From the IMG/VR virus record IMGVR_UViG_2563366885_000004: DNA of 15,471 nt; one strand, given 5' to 3'. How positions within the stretch are numbered: the first letter of the stretch is position 1; every line of letters starts with the position of its first letter. Positions 1-8,650 of this stretch are shown here, piece by piece. The notes beneath the pieces are model-generated. The model made no database searches and had not been told where the DNA came from. It worked only from the letters and a program-made list of their open reading frames with translations. Both the position numbers and the translations under genes were made by a program. The stretch comes from a virus. Taxonomy: Duplodnaviria > Heunggongvirae > Uroviricota > Caudoviricetes.

Positions 1-390
1 TTACTCTTTTTTCTCCGTATCTGCATCGGGTTCATCAGCAAATAGCTTGCCCTGCATCCGATCCAGTTCTTCTTTTCTTACCCGCTTAACCACGCTGTAG
101 ACCCACTGAAGCGAAACACCAAATTTGCGGGCCAGTTCGTGGTGGTTGCGTCCGTTAAACTCCCTGAAGATTTCCCGGTCGCGCTGACTGACCTTCCATA
201 CCATGCCCATCGGGAAATAAACGTTTTGCCCGCCCCAGACCTGCATCATTCGGTTCGCGACGGCCTGACCAATCTGGTCGGCAACTTCGGGCTCAATATC
301 AATAATCTCGCGAACGGTCTCAGAGGTATGCTGTGCCAGTTCCACCAGGAGTTCCGGCCCCTTACTTCGAAACTGATTCAGGTCGCTCAT
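1..390 (-). CDS. mor: Mor/C-family middle-operon transcriptional activator
   Basis: 129 aa, the same length as Mu Mor. C-terminal HTH pattern FNGRN..EL...GVS...VY shared with Mu Mor (from memory). Last gene of the leftward early operon; GGGAG RBS 6 nt upstream of ATG at 390. Confidence 0.75.
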   Translation of the reverse strand: MSDLNQFRSKGPELLVELAQHTSETVREIIDIEPEVADQIGQAVANRMMQVWGGQNVYFPMGMVWKVSQRDREIFREFNGRNHHELARKFGVSLQWVYSVVKRVRKEELDRMQGKLFADEPDADTEKKE

Positions 391-814
391 GTTTGACTCC
401 CGCAGCTCTGCGCTGCCACTTCTTCAGTTTCTCAATAACACTGCTTGCCTGTTCAGTACTGAGCCAGCGCAGGGCGCTGATGCCCGTTTCCCGCTTGATC
501 CACCCCGCTAATGCATTTTCTGAACGGTCACGAACAATGCCGGCAGCAGCCATTTCAAGCCATAGCGCACGAATTTTCCTGGACTGCGGATGGTTATCCA
601 GCGGTAAACCGGAGCTGGCTTTTCTGGCTGGTTTAACGCGAAAGCCTTTCTTTTTCATGGATTCCAGCACGCAGTTTAGTTGTGTGGTATCCATTCCTTT
701 GGTTGAGGCTTTACCGGTCAGCCCCTGTAACATCTGGCGGTAGGTGTCTTCATCCATACCCAGTTCATTACGGGCAATATGAATGAGCTGGATAAGACGT
801 TGTTTAGTCATCAT
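362..814 (-). CDS. gemA: GemA-like early protein (Mu gp16 family)
   Basis: Sits immediately upstream of mor, as in Mu. Track ORF runs to 853, but the ATG at 814 has an AAGGAG RBS with 5-nt spacer, so 814 is the preferred start. 3' end overlaps the mor start by 29 nt. Confidence 0.55.
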   Translation of the reverse strand: MMTKQRLIQLIHIARNELGMDEDTYRQMLQGLTGKASTKGMDTTQLNCVLESMKKKGFRVKPARKASSGLPLDNHPQSRKIRALWLEMAAAGIVRDRSENALAGWIKRETGISALRWLSTEQASSVIEKLKKWQRRAAGVKHERPESVSK

Positions 815-1019
815 CGTTGCTCCTTTTACCTGCGCCACCGATATAATCGACATATAAAGGAAGCGCCACAGGCCAGTACAGGAACATCACCGACCAACTA
901 ATCCAGTAGCCGGCACCACTGTAACGTGAATAAAACCCTGAACGGCGGTGCAGTTCAGCAGTACACCAACCGACAAAACAATACCAGAACAGGGCACATA
1001 CAACAGATTCAGCAGTCAT
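804..1019 (-). CDS. Small hydrophobic early protein (about 71 aa, predicted membrane protein)
   Basis: Internal ATG at 1019 of track ORF 804..1175. Trp/Tyr/Phe-rich hydrophobic sequence. Fits the operon frame chain, overlapping the upstream 76-aa gene by 11 nt. Confidence 0.35.
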   Translation of the reverse strand: MTAESVVCALFWYCFVGWCTAELHRRSGFYSRYSGAGYWISWSVMFLYWPVALPLYVDYIGGAGKRSNDDD

Positions 1020-1239
1020 TCTGAATATCCCCCCAACTGATATGAATATTACGGGCAGCAATGACAGGGTCGTTATTCCACCATGCACCTGACATGTATT
1101 TTTCAACCTGTTCGCGTCCGGCAATAACACCAATTGTGATCCCCGGCCTGACGTTCTTAAAAAAGGCGCGGGCAAAAAGGTATCTGGCAGATATTCGGCA
1201 GGCTTTTAATTTCCGGCTTTTACCTGATAGCGTAATCAT
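1009..1239 (-). CDS. Hypothetical small early protein (76 aa)
   Basis: Start codon overlaps the stop of the upstream DUF2786-like gene (ATGA overlap at 1236..1239), indicating translational coupling. Confidence 0.4.
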   Translation of the reverse strand: MITLSGKSRKLKACRISARYLFARAFFKNVRPGITIGVIAGREQVEKYMSGAWWNNDPVIAARNIHISWGDIQNDC

Positions 1240-1919
1240 CTGGCCTCCAGTTTCTGTTGTTCCTGCCCACTGACCGGGCGGTGCAGTCTGACGTTCTGCC
1301 CTTCACGAAACCCCGCATAGCGCGAGGCGTCGCCATTGCGGCTTCTTCCCGGTTTACGCGCCCTGGTGGTTTGCGTCTGCGGGTATTTATGTTCCAGCCA
1401 CTGCTGCATCAGTTCACGTTCGTCATCGGTCAAGGCGAAGGACTGTATTTCACTGATAACGGCCAGCACCCAGCCTTCAGCAAACTGGTCTCCACGGCTG
1501 GTGCGGGTGGCGGTTTTTATTCTTTTGTTCTGTGCACTGATATACTGCTGACGCGCCTTTTTCAGCTGACGGGCCAGCACTTCCCAGGTGTACGCGGCCA
1601 GTGCGGCCCGTTCCCGGTTGCCGTAGAACCCCACACCCGGATATGTGCCGGGGTGAATGATGGAGTTAACACCAAATGCCTCGCGGATGATGTTCATCAG
1701 GCCCAGCATGTAGCGCGGCGGACGGAGGCTGCCTGTCGGCCAGTAGTGACTGATGGTTTCATCAATATCACTCATGGCGATGTCGGAATGTGTGATGCCG
1801 TGAACATCCATCAGTTTACGGGCGCGGCGCAGTGCCAGAGCAGCCTCATTCGGGTTGCCGGATGCTGCCAGCGCCAGCAACTTTTTCAGTTTCTCAATGT
1901 GCTTATCCTGGTCTGTCAT
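1236..1919 (-). CDS. DUF2786-like phage protein (227 aa)
   Basis: N-terminal motif KLKKLLALAASGNPNEAALALRRARKLM resembles the DUF2786 signature as I recall it. ATGA overlap with the upstream gene at 1916..1919. Confidence 0.55.
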   Translation of the reverse strand: MTDQDKHIEKLKKLLALAASGNPNEAALALRRARKLMDVHGITHSDIAMSDIDETISHYWPTGSLRPPRYMLGLMNIIREAFGVNSIIHPGTYPGVGFYGNRERAALAAYTWEVLARQLKKARQQYISAQNKRIKTATRTSRGDQFAEGWVLAVISEIQSFALTDDERELMQQWLEHKYPQTQTTRARKPGRSRNGDASRYAGFREGQNVRLHRPVSGQEQQKLEAR

Positions 1920-2221
1920 TGTTCAGTATCTCCGGTGTACATGACGCCCAGCCGTGCGGCAAGGCGTTCCAGTTTTTTCTGTTTGTGGAAGTCAATCAGC
2001 CGGTCCATTCCCTGAAGGCGCAGCTGCTCTGTCATGATTTCCACGTCTGCCAGCTCTGCCGCGAGGTCACTTTCGCTGCCCTGTCCGTTCAGGTTGCGGG
2101 CGGCACTGGCCGCCAGTTCAGCAGCCTCTTCTGTCAGTTTCAGGGCCTGTGCATCCGGACCGAAACGCTGCAGGGCCAGACGGTAGAGGGCGGTGCGGGT
2201 GAGTTCGGTGTTCCGTGTCAT
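1916..2221 (-). CDS. Hypothetical early protein (101 aa)
   Basis: ORF in the operon chain; ATG confirmed at 2219..2221; acidic, helical-looking sequence. Confidence 0.5.
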   Translation of the reverse strand: MTRNTELTRTALYRLALQRFGPDAQALKLTEEAAELAASAARNLNGQGSESDLAAELADVEIMTEQLRLQGMDRLIDFHKQKKLERLAARLGVMYTGDTEQ

Positions 2222-2230
2222 GCCGCGCCC

Positions 2231-2503
2231 TCAGTGTTTCCGGTCGACGGTGATGTTCAGGCCGCCTTCTGCAGTGGTTTCCACCCGGTACGGCACCTCG
2301 TGCTCTGCCGTGTGGGTGAGTGTGTTCATCAGTACCTGCAGGGCAGCCGCCTTTCCGTTGGTTGCCACAATGGCCTGAGCGGCAATGCTGATTAACGCCG
2401 TCAGGACGTGCTTCACATCGGTGAGGTCGCGGCATTCACACTCGTTGACATAGTGTTCAACAAGGGTTCGGGTGCGCTGTCGTGCTTCCTGTGGGGTAAT
2501 CAT
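2231..2503 (-). CDS. Hypothetical early protein (90 aa)
   Basis: GGGAGG RBS 7 nt upstream of ATG at 2503; ATGA overlap with the upstream zinc-ribbon gene. Confidence 0.5.
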   Translation of the reverse strand: MITPQEARQRTRTLVEHYVNECECRDLTDVKHVLTALISIAAQAIVATNGKAAALQVLMNTLTHTAEHEVPYRVETTAEGGLNITVDRKH

Positions 2504-2694
2504 TGCGCGTCCTCCCTGTCAGGGCGGGAGAATTCCATGACGGGCACGTCCGCCGAAAAATGCTGGCTGCAGTACGGACAGACCAGGGTGACACGTACTG
2601 CAGGTACGTGGTACTTACCGGACATCACGGCGATGGCGCTGTGAAAACGCAGGGCTGTTATATCCCTCTCGCACTGAATACATTTAAATATCAT
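2500..2694 (-). CDS. Small zinc-ribbon protein (64 aa, CxxC ... CxxC)
   Basis: Two Cys pairs (CIQC and CPYC) in a 64-aa ORF. GAGGAG RBS upstream of ATG at 2694. Confidence 0.5.
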   Translation of the reverse strand: MIFKCIQCERDITALRFHSAIAVMSGKYHVPAVRVTLVCPYCSQHFSADVPVMEFSRPDREDAQ

Positions 2695-2791
2695 AATTTA
2701 ATTCTCCTCTGTTTCCGGCGTGCAGAAGCCCACGGCGCTGACGCCGGAATAAAAAAGAAAATGTTTTTATTAAATAATTAACGTGGTGTGT

Positions 2792-3322
2792 TTACTGCAC
2801 ATCCTGCTCAAAAGGAATTATTGAAAAATCCTCAATATCACTTTTTATGGTAATACCGGGAATATTTTTCACGGCGTCCTTTTCATTCAGGATAGCGTCT
2901 TTATTTATTTCCTCTTTTACACGAATAAAGCGCTCAAGCCCCAGACGTCTCAGTAATTCAATAACATTATCCGCCCCACGGATACTGACTGATGGCGGAC
3001 GGTTTCGTCACTGCACCTCGCCGGTGGTGAGGTTAGCGAACTTCACCTTCCCGTTGCCGGTCAGTTCATCACGGTGTGCCTCACACCATGTCTGAATACC
3101 GGACTGCAGTTCGGCCATGCGTTTTTTCAGGCTCTCGGTGAGCGGGGCATAACGTGCGGTGATATCGCCAATGGCGTCATTCATTTCTGTTTCAGCCCTG
3201 ACCAGTTCACGTTGTGCGTCACCGAGTAGTCTGATTCCCTCAATGACCTCTTCACGTGTCCCCGGCACCCAGAGTGCTGCTGCGGCCTTGATACGTTTTG
3301 CACCTTTTGTACTTTTTGCCAT
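2792..3322 (-). pseudogene. gam: Mu Gam-like host-nuclease inhibitor interrupted by one in-frame TGA at 3008..3010
   Basis: Translation of 3008..3322 closely matches the Mu Gam N-terminus (MAK..KRIKAAAA...ETEMNDAI...WCEA.RDELT). The same frame continues after the TGA (RNRPPSVSIRG ... GITIKSDIEDFSIIPFEQ) and matches the Mu Gam C-terminus to a TAA at 2792..2794. The TGA aligns with a Trp in Mu Gam as I recall it. Confidence 0.75.
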
Positions 3323-3349
3323 TTTTTATGATTTCTCCAGTTGTGCTGA

Positions 3350-3619
3350 TTACCACAAAGATTCCGGCCACACGACGCGACAGCCGTGCAGTTCGAAAAC
3401 GCCCTGACGGAAATATCCCCTGTGGTCATGTCCGGTATACAGATAACAGGCCTTTCCCTGCTCAAGCATGCGCATGCAATGCGCACTCCGGGAAACGCGG
3501 ATGACAGGTTTGTTACCCCTGATGGTGATGCTCTGTACATCCGTGTTCGTCGCCTTAAGCGCCATAATGGCTGACTGCACTTTGCTGATTTGCTGGTTGA
3601 TACCTGTGGTGGATTTCAT
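3350..3619 (-). CDS. Hypothetical early protein (89 aa) directly downstream of the B-like gene, where Mu has kil
   Basis: ORF starts 2 nt after the B-like stop. The kil analogy is by position only, not by sequence. Confidence 0.45.
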   Translation of the reverse strand: MKSTTGINQQISKVQSAIMALKATNTDVQSITIRGNKPVIRVSRSAHCMRMLEQGKACYLYTGHDHRGYFRQGVFELHGCRVVWPESLW

Positions 3620-3621
3620 TA

Positions 3622-4788
3622 TTAAACCCCTTTGACAACGTCAGCGTTGACCTGTGGAACCCCGATTTCAGCGGCCAGATTCATGGCGGCTATTACCAGG
3701 TTACTGACGGCCAGCGGATACAGCAGGCTGACCATATTTTTACGGTGACTTCCCGGATTGCTCAGGCGGGCACGTATGGCATCCACTGCACCGGCGTCCA
3801 TAATGTCCGTCAGCTGTTTACCGGCCCGTTGCAGTTTGAACGTCAGAAATTCTTCAAGGTTATTGTCCAGAGGCAGAAGTTCGACCACCTCACAGCGCTG
3901 AACGACTTCACGGACTTCCATATTGCGTTCAGACAGTTTTGTCGCCAGTTCCGGCTGGCCAATCAGCACGATGGACAGCAGTTTTTTGAAACCGGACTCC
4001 AGCTCAAAAAAGCGTTTGAGGTGTTTCAGTGTCGGAATGGGCAGACTGTGGGCCTCCTCAATCACCAGAACGTGGCTGAACCCCGCCTGGCTGCTGTCTT
4101 TCAGGACGCGATGCAACTGGCGAAAACGGGCGTCCTGACTGCGTCTGATGCTTTCCAGTGGTGCGATGGTACTGATAATGGCTTCGGCAATAGCTGCTGC
4201 CTTCAGGGTTTTCCCTTTCACATCGTTGTCTTCCATAGCGATGATGTATGGCTCGATAACAATTACCGGCGCATTCTCGCGGTTGATACGTTCAGTCAGG
4301 TCGCGGCGCAGCGTGGATTTACCCGCACCGGACTCACCGATGACGGCCATAAACCCACCATGACGGGCTGTCTGGTACAGCGCCTCACGCACGTAGCGAA
4401 TGTCCGGGGTGGTGAACACATCATCAGAACCCTGCATGGCTTCGTCGGCGAACGGGTCACGGAAAAGACCAAACGCTTTTTTGGTTGCTGGAAATAACAC
4501 CTGTTTTTTGAGTAACATATTCTCTTCCTCACTGAGGCTCGTTTTATCTGTGGTACCCGCTGTACGGGGCGTGGCCGCGCCCTGTACAGCATCAAAACTC
4601 TTCGTTGTATCAATCCCCTGACTTTCCAGCCAGGACGCAAGACGCCGGCGCACTTCTCCGGGGCTGGTGCGGGGCCACGCGTTATGATTCACAATCTGGG
4701 CCAGCGTGGCCTCAGAAACATCGACAGCTCTCGCCACCACCGCCTGTGGAATACGGGCCTCTTTCAGTTGCTGCTTCAGTACCAGCAT
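3622..4788 (-). CDS. Transposition/replication AAA+ ATPase (MuB-like, ExeA/TniB-like)
   Basis: N-terminal HTH region, Walker A VIGESGAGKST, Walker B-like VLVIEEAH and a VLIGQPEL motif. Lies directly downstream of the transposase. Start placed at ATG 4788 (GAGGAGG RBS) rather than the track start at 4827. Confidence 0.8.
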   Translation of the reverse strand: MLVLKQQLKEARIPQAVVARAVDVSEATLAQIVNHNAWPRTSPGEVRRRLASWLESQGIDTTKSFDAVQGAATPRTAGTTDKTSLSEEENMLLKKQVLFPATKKAFGLFRDPFADEAMQGSDDVFTTPDIRYVREALYQTARHGGFMAVIGESGAGKSTLRRDLTERINRENAPVIVIEPYIIAMEDNDVKGKTLKAAAIAEAIISTIAPLESIRRSQDARFRQLHRVLKDSSQAGFSHVLVIEEAHSLPIPTLKHLKRFFELESGFKKLLSIVLIGQPELATKLSERNMEVREVVQRCEVVELLPLDNNLEEFLTFKLQRAGKQLTDIMDAGAVDAIRARLSNPGSHRKNMVSLLYPLAVSNLVIAAMNLAAEIGVPQVNADVVKGV

Positions 4789-4798
4789 GTTTCCCTCC

Positions 4799-6568
4799 TC
4801 AGTTGCCGTTAACAATGCTGATAACACTGCTGCGGGCCGGTGTGGTCAGCGTGGCCATGACTTCATCCAGTGCGGCTTCCGGTACGCCGTCCGGGTACTG
4901 TGCCGTTAACTGGCGGTAATGTTCCGGCGTCCAGGTAAGGCCGTCGGCGCTGAACTTATCGCGCAGGGCTTTCGCGGCCTCCACATGAGTCATGGGACGT
5001 TGTTCAGTGCGCGGCCCGCGTACGTCAGAGGCCTGACCACGCTTCGGCATATAGGCCGGAAGTGTGGTGTCGTCGATATGTTTATACGGGTCAAGCCGCC
5101 CGCCGAACGGCAGCGCCTTCGCCTTGCGTGCGGCGGCTGCATCTGCGGCGTTGTCTGTACCGGTAACCAGCGCTTCGGTTTCTTTTGCCGCCATCTGTGC
5201 CGGGGTTTCCGGCAGGGCTTTGTAACTTTCGCCAAATACCGCCGCGCCTTCAGCAAAGCCAAACTCGTTCTTTCTGACCTCTTCGACCAGGAAGAACGTC
5301 TCGTGGCCGTCCTCACCGGTCAGAACCACCTGTGCCACATCGCTGCGCCATGGGTTACGGGTAATCATCAGTTTTTCACCAACCAGTACGCCCGGTACCG
5401 TTGATACGTCAAATTCAGTGCCCCGGAACGAGACACGAAGTTTTGGCGTGACTTTGCGGAGTTCTGGTGCCGCCACAGCCAGTTCACGACATACCTCAAC
5501 GGGAGGCGCTTTTTTCAGCTGCTCAGCAGTAATCTTCAGCCAGATATCCGTGCGGGTTTTACCGTGGCGGCTGTGAACAGCCGTGGCGTTAAAGTGGCTG
5601 CGCCATTTCGCGGCCAGCGCGTTGAGTTCTTCCAGACTGTGAACCGGCCGGAACTTCAGACCCGGCTCCAGCTTGCGTTCGATAATGTCCCGCGCCTTTT
5701 CCACCTGTCCGGTGGCGCGGGCGTTATGCGGCTTGTGCGCTATCAGGTCGATGCCCAGTGAGCGGCACATGTTTTTCGTCATACCCGCGGTGTTTGCCGA
5801 GCCGGGGTCGAGATAGAGTATTTTCGGCACGCCGTGCAGCACGTCTGCGCCGCCACGCTCCTGCATGGCGTTGATAAGCACAGAACACAGGTTCTCACCG
5901 GATTCCGCGCCCGTCACATACTCAACGTAAATCCAGCCGCTGGCATGGTCGGTAATCTCGTAACTCCACACGCGGTCACTGGCGATACGGGCAAGGTTAG
6001 CGGGCTTGTTCTTGTAGAACTTCGCGCTGTCCATCACCTGCAGCCCTTTATGTCCATTGCTCAGGTAGTAAAGCGTGCAGAGTGAGGCGTCAATCTGCCA
6101 GACATGATTGGGATGCAGACTGGCCACTTCGGTATGTGGTGCAGGGGCATCCAGTTGTTCCGGGTGCAGGCCATAGTTACGCAGAGCACGGCTGATGGCA
6201 TCTTCAGACAACGGGAAAAACTCACCGGTGGTTTCATCTGTTCTGCCTGCGGTGATAAAGCCGTTAGCCCGCAGGGTTTCCACTGCATCTGCGATGGAAT
6301 AGAGACGCTTACCGTTCTTGCGGGTGGCCTCACGCAGTGTGGCAGATATCAGCGCGGCTTCGTCGCGGGTCAGGGCGCTGCGCCCGGCATCGGCGCGTTT
6401 TTTGCGTTTATCAGTCACAGAGACCTCCTTCAGCCTGCGCAGCAGAGTGGCGCGGGACATGCCAAGTTCAGCACAGGCAGCGTCGTATATTGCACCGCGT
6501 TTACCATGCCCCGCGTCACGTGCCGCGCGGGCGACATAAACCAGTCGTTCAGTCAGGGCAGCATTCAT
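4799..6568 (-). CDS. DDE transposase (retroviral-integrase superfamily; resembles Tn552/TnsB/BcepMu TnpA type more than MuA)
   Basis: 589 aa with N-terminal HTH and candidate catalytic residues in HVWQIDAS, YLDPGSANT and QVEKARDIIE. GGAGG RBS upstream of ATG at 6568. Followed by the AAA+ ATPase partner gene. Confidence 0.85.
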   Translation of the reverse strand: MNAALTERLVYVARAARDAGHGKRGAIYDAACAELGMSRATLLRRLKEVSVTDKRKKRADAGRSALTRDEAALISATLREATRKNGKRLYSIADAVETLRANGFITAGRTDETTGEFFPLSEDAISRALRNYGLHPEQLDAPAPHTEVASLHPNHVWQIDASLCTLYYLSNGHKGLQVMDSAKFYKNKPANLARIASDRVWSYEITDHASGWIYVEYVTGAESGENLCSVLINAMQERGGADVLHGVPKILYLDPGSANTAGMTKNMCRSLGIDLIAHKPHNARATGQVEKARDIIERKLEPGLKFRPVHSLEELNALAAKWRSHFNATAVHSRHGKTRTDIWLKITAEQLKKAPPVEVCRELAVAAPELRKVTPKLRVSFRGTEFDVSTVPGVLVGEKLMITRNPWRSDVAQVVLTGEDGHETFFLVEEVRKNEFGFAEGAAVFGESYKALPETPAQMAAKETEALVTGTDNAADAAAARKAKALPFGGRLDPYKHIDDTTLPAYMPKRGQASDVRGPRTEQRPMTHVEAAKALRDKFSADGLTWTPEHYRQLTAQYPDGVPEAALDEVMATLTTPARSSVISIVNGN

Positions 6569-6571
6569 TGG

Positions 6572-7483
6572 TTATGCCTCCAGCCCGTTAATCTGTGGCG
6601 TCGGCTCAGTCAGCCATGAAGGCGCTGCATTGCCTGTTGGCTCGTCCGGCAGGTCAAATGTGGAGCGCAGGCTACGCGCTGTGCTTTCCAGTTGACAGAC
6701 CAGGCCTGCCATGAAGTCTCTGGGAGTATCAATCATGTTTTCAGCACAATATGCGCACAGTGTCTCAAAAGCGCTGGACAGTCGGACGGCGATAGCAGAT
6801 TCCGCCTCAACCGCTAATGCTGTCACTTCCGCCCGCAGCTTCTTAACCTCCTCATCAGGCTCAGGCGGCTGAATACGGGATTTCTTTTCCAGTCTGGTAG
6901 AGAGAGAATCAATTTTTTCATTTTTATCGGCGAGTACGCGCTGTTGTGCTGCGTTGGTTTCGCGCGCTTCGCGCAGGGCCTGGCGAAGTTCGCGTACTGA
7001 CATGCGATCAACGTCGTCAAGCGTCAGGCCGGCAACAGTGCCACCATCAGCCAGTTCGGCAAGGTTTTCATCGTCTTCCGTCATTAACTCGAATAATTTG
7101 GCTTTTCCTAAAAGCGCAAACGTCTGCGCTTTTGACTCAAGTTGTGGTGATAAATATTTTATTGATGCCTGCATCATTACCTGTGCAGTACGCTTTGACA
7201 TTGATAATTCAGACTCGACAATATTTATGAAATCACCATATGGTTCATTTTCTTTCAGTATTATCAGTCGTTTACCTGCCTCTAGCATGGCCTCAGCACT
7301 TTGTGCCATATAAAAGCGTGCTTCGTGAACAATGCGATCACGTTCATAAGGCAGACCATCGCCGAACTGCTGCATGATCTCCACGCGGTGTTGTGCCATG
7401 GTATTAAGACTGATGTTGAGATCATCAGACAGCGGCACCTCAGCATTCAGATCAGTGGACATTGGTGATTTGGTACGTCCCAT
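6572..7483 (-). CDS. Hypothetical coiled-coil protein (303 aa) between the ner-like gene and the transposase
   Basis: AAGGAG RBS 6 nt upstream of ATG at 7483. Central region is Glu/Lys/Arg/Ala-rich, consistent with coiled coil. No family recognised. Confidence 0.55.
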   Translation of the reverse strand: MGRTKSPMSTDLNAEVPLSDDLNISLNTMAQHRVEIMQQFGDGLPYERDRIVHEARFYMAQSAEAMLEAGKRLIILKENEPYGDFINIVESELSMSKRTAQVMMQASIKYLSPQLESKAQTFALLGKAKLFELMTEDDENLAELADGGTVAGLTLDDVDRMSVRELRQALREARETNAAQQRVLADKNEKIDSLSTRLEKKSRIQPPEPDEEVKKLRAEVTALAVEAESAIAVRLSSAFETLCAYCAENMIDTPRDFMAGLVCQLESTARSLRSTFDLPDEPTGNAAPSWLTEPTPQINGLEA

Positions 7484-7493
7484 TGATTACTCC

Positions 7494-7802
7494 TTATAAA
7501 CGACTACCTGAAATGACACGTTGGTTGATTTCGTTAATACGATCCTGCGCTCGTGCCATCTCGTTACTGTGAGCCATGGCGATCTGCAGTAACTGGATGC
7601 CCGGTGCAAAACGTCCATTCTCCAGTTTCAGGGCCAGCCCTTCTTCAATGAGGGTGTTGAGTGCCCGATTAATGTTTGCTGGTGACTCGTGCAGTGCTGC
7701 CGCCAGTTCACCGTTGGAGATACCGTTCAGAGCGTGGCCACGTAACGCCTTAAGAACACGCAAAATACGGGTACCTGCGCTTGATGTATTTGGTTTATTC
7801 AT
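7494..7802 (-). CDS. Small winged-HTH protein (IclR/MarR-like DNA-binding domain only, 102 aa)
   Basis: RILRVLKALRG...ISNGELAAAL..SPANINRALNTLIEEGLA resembles an IclR-type N-terminal wHTH. ATGA overlap with the ner-like stop. Confidence 0.5.
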   Translation of the reverse strand: MNKPNTSSAGTRILRVLKALRGHALNGISNGELAAALHESPANINRALNTLIEEGLALKLENGRFAPGIQLLQIAMAHSNEMARAQDRINEINQRVISGSRL

Positions 7803-8023
7803 GACACCTCCTTAAGGATACCGGGGGTAACTTCTTTACCTATTGCAACCGATAGATCTCGCAAAATCCGATAAGTCAAACGACCACGTGGTAGTTCACT
7901 TTTACCAGCCCAGCGACTGACTGCCTGTGTGACTGTTCGTGGCTCATAGCCTGCGTTAAGCGCGAACTGGCGCAAGCTACTGCCTCGTTCAACTAGTCGT
8001 GCCCGAACTTGTTGTTTATTCAT
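7799..8023 (-). CDS. ner: Ner-like DNA-binding protein (early negative regulator)
   Basis: 74 aa (Mu Ner is 75 aa). Core SLRQFALNAGYEPRTVTQAVSRW resembles Mu Ner LSALSRQFGYAPTTLANALERHW (from memory). First gene of the early operon, divergent from the repressor. Confidence 0.7.
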   Translation of the reverse strand: MNKQQVRARLVERGSSLRQFALNAGYEPRTVTQAVSRWAGKSELPRGRLTYRILRDLSVAIGKEVTPGILKEVS

Positions 8024-8111
8024 ATGCGGATAGTTCCAGTTGGGTTATCATGTACTCAATATGAATAAATGTACTTATTCAAAATAAATAAATCAAGTGG
8101 AATTACGCAAA
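8024..8111. promoter_or_regulatory. Divergent early/repressor control region with operator-like repeats
   Basis: 88-bp AT-rich spacer between the divergent ner-like and repressor genes. Inverted repeat TGAATAA-N6-TTATTCA at 8062..8081 and direct repeats TGTACTcAAT / TGTACTtATT at 8051..8060 and 8070..8079. Leftward candidate promoter TTGATT-17-TACATT on the minus strand. Confidence 0.5.
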
Positions 8112-8528
8112 ATGAATAACAAAGATGTTAACGCTGTGCTTTCCCGGTTAATGTCACTATTCCAAGCAGAGAATGATAGTGAGTTGGCAAGAGCGCTTAA
8201 CGTCAATAGGCAGACACTTGCAAGTTGGAGGAAGCGTGATTCTGTGCCTTATGCAATTTGCATAAACATCGCAGAAGAAAAGGGGGTTTCTTTAGATTGG
8301 TTGCTAACAGGTAGAAAACAAGGTTTATCAAAAGAAGTAGACGTAACTCCGACGCAAGTGCAGTTTAGCCAAGCTGACCTTACTATGCTTGAGCTTTTAA
8401 AGCAGCTAGACCCCGAGGTTCGTAACGATCTTCTGCGAGGCGCTGCGGAAAAACAGCGAGTGATCGAGATGGAAAAACAACTGAAGGAATTATCCGCAAC
8501 GATTGAGCGGTTAAAAAATGTGGGTTAA
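8112..8528 (+). CDS. Prophage repressor, CI-type HTH without a peptidase domain
   Basis: LARALNVNRQTLASWRKRDSVPYAICINIAEEKGVSLDWLLTG matches the phage CI-repressor HTH pattern. No S24 peptidase motifs. Divergent from the early operon. Track start is GTG 8097; ATG 8112 is an alternative. Confidence 0.75.
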   Translation: MNNKDVNAVLSRLMSLFQAENDSELARALNVNRQTLASWRKRDSVPYAICINIAEEKGVSLDWLLTGRKQGLSKEVDVTPTQVQFSQADLTMLELLKQLDPEVRNDLLRGAAEKQRVIEMEKQLKELSATIERLKNVG

Positions 8529-8650
8529 TCTATTCCCAATGAGAACAATTGACAAGGTTATCAAACCTCTTCGTTATATGCGCTGATTTAAACAGTAGGA
8601 TGTGCTGTTTGCACTAACCATCTGAACTTTCCGCGTTAAGGATTAATCGT

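Noticed and set aside
1257-2015. 252-aa ORF on the plus strand
   Set aside because: It lies antisense to a tightly coupled chain of minus-strand early genes with RBSs and start/stop overlaps. It is a typical shadow ORF in GC-rich coding DNA.
2715-2747. Hairpin CCGGCGT-N19-ACGCCGG in the gam / zinc-ribbon intergenic region as an intrinsic terminator
   Set aside because: The T-tract precedes the stem on the coding (minus) strand and an A-tract follows it on the plus strand, so it does not match terminator geometry in either direction. It may be an RNA processing or regulatory structure, with no firm evidence.
3181-3540. 119-aa minus-strand ORF in an alternative frame
   Set aside because: It overlaps both gam and the 89-aa gene out of frame. 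The gam frame is supported by homology, so this is a frame artefact.
3745-4497. 250-aa plus-strand ORF (and other plus-strand ORFs between 3900 and 6620)
   Set aside because: Antisense to the B-like ATPase and transposase genes, which have clear motifs and RBSs. No independent support.
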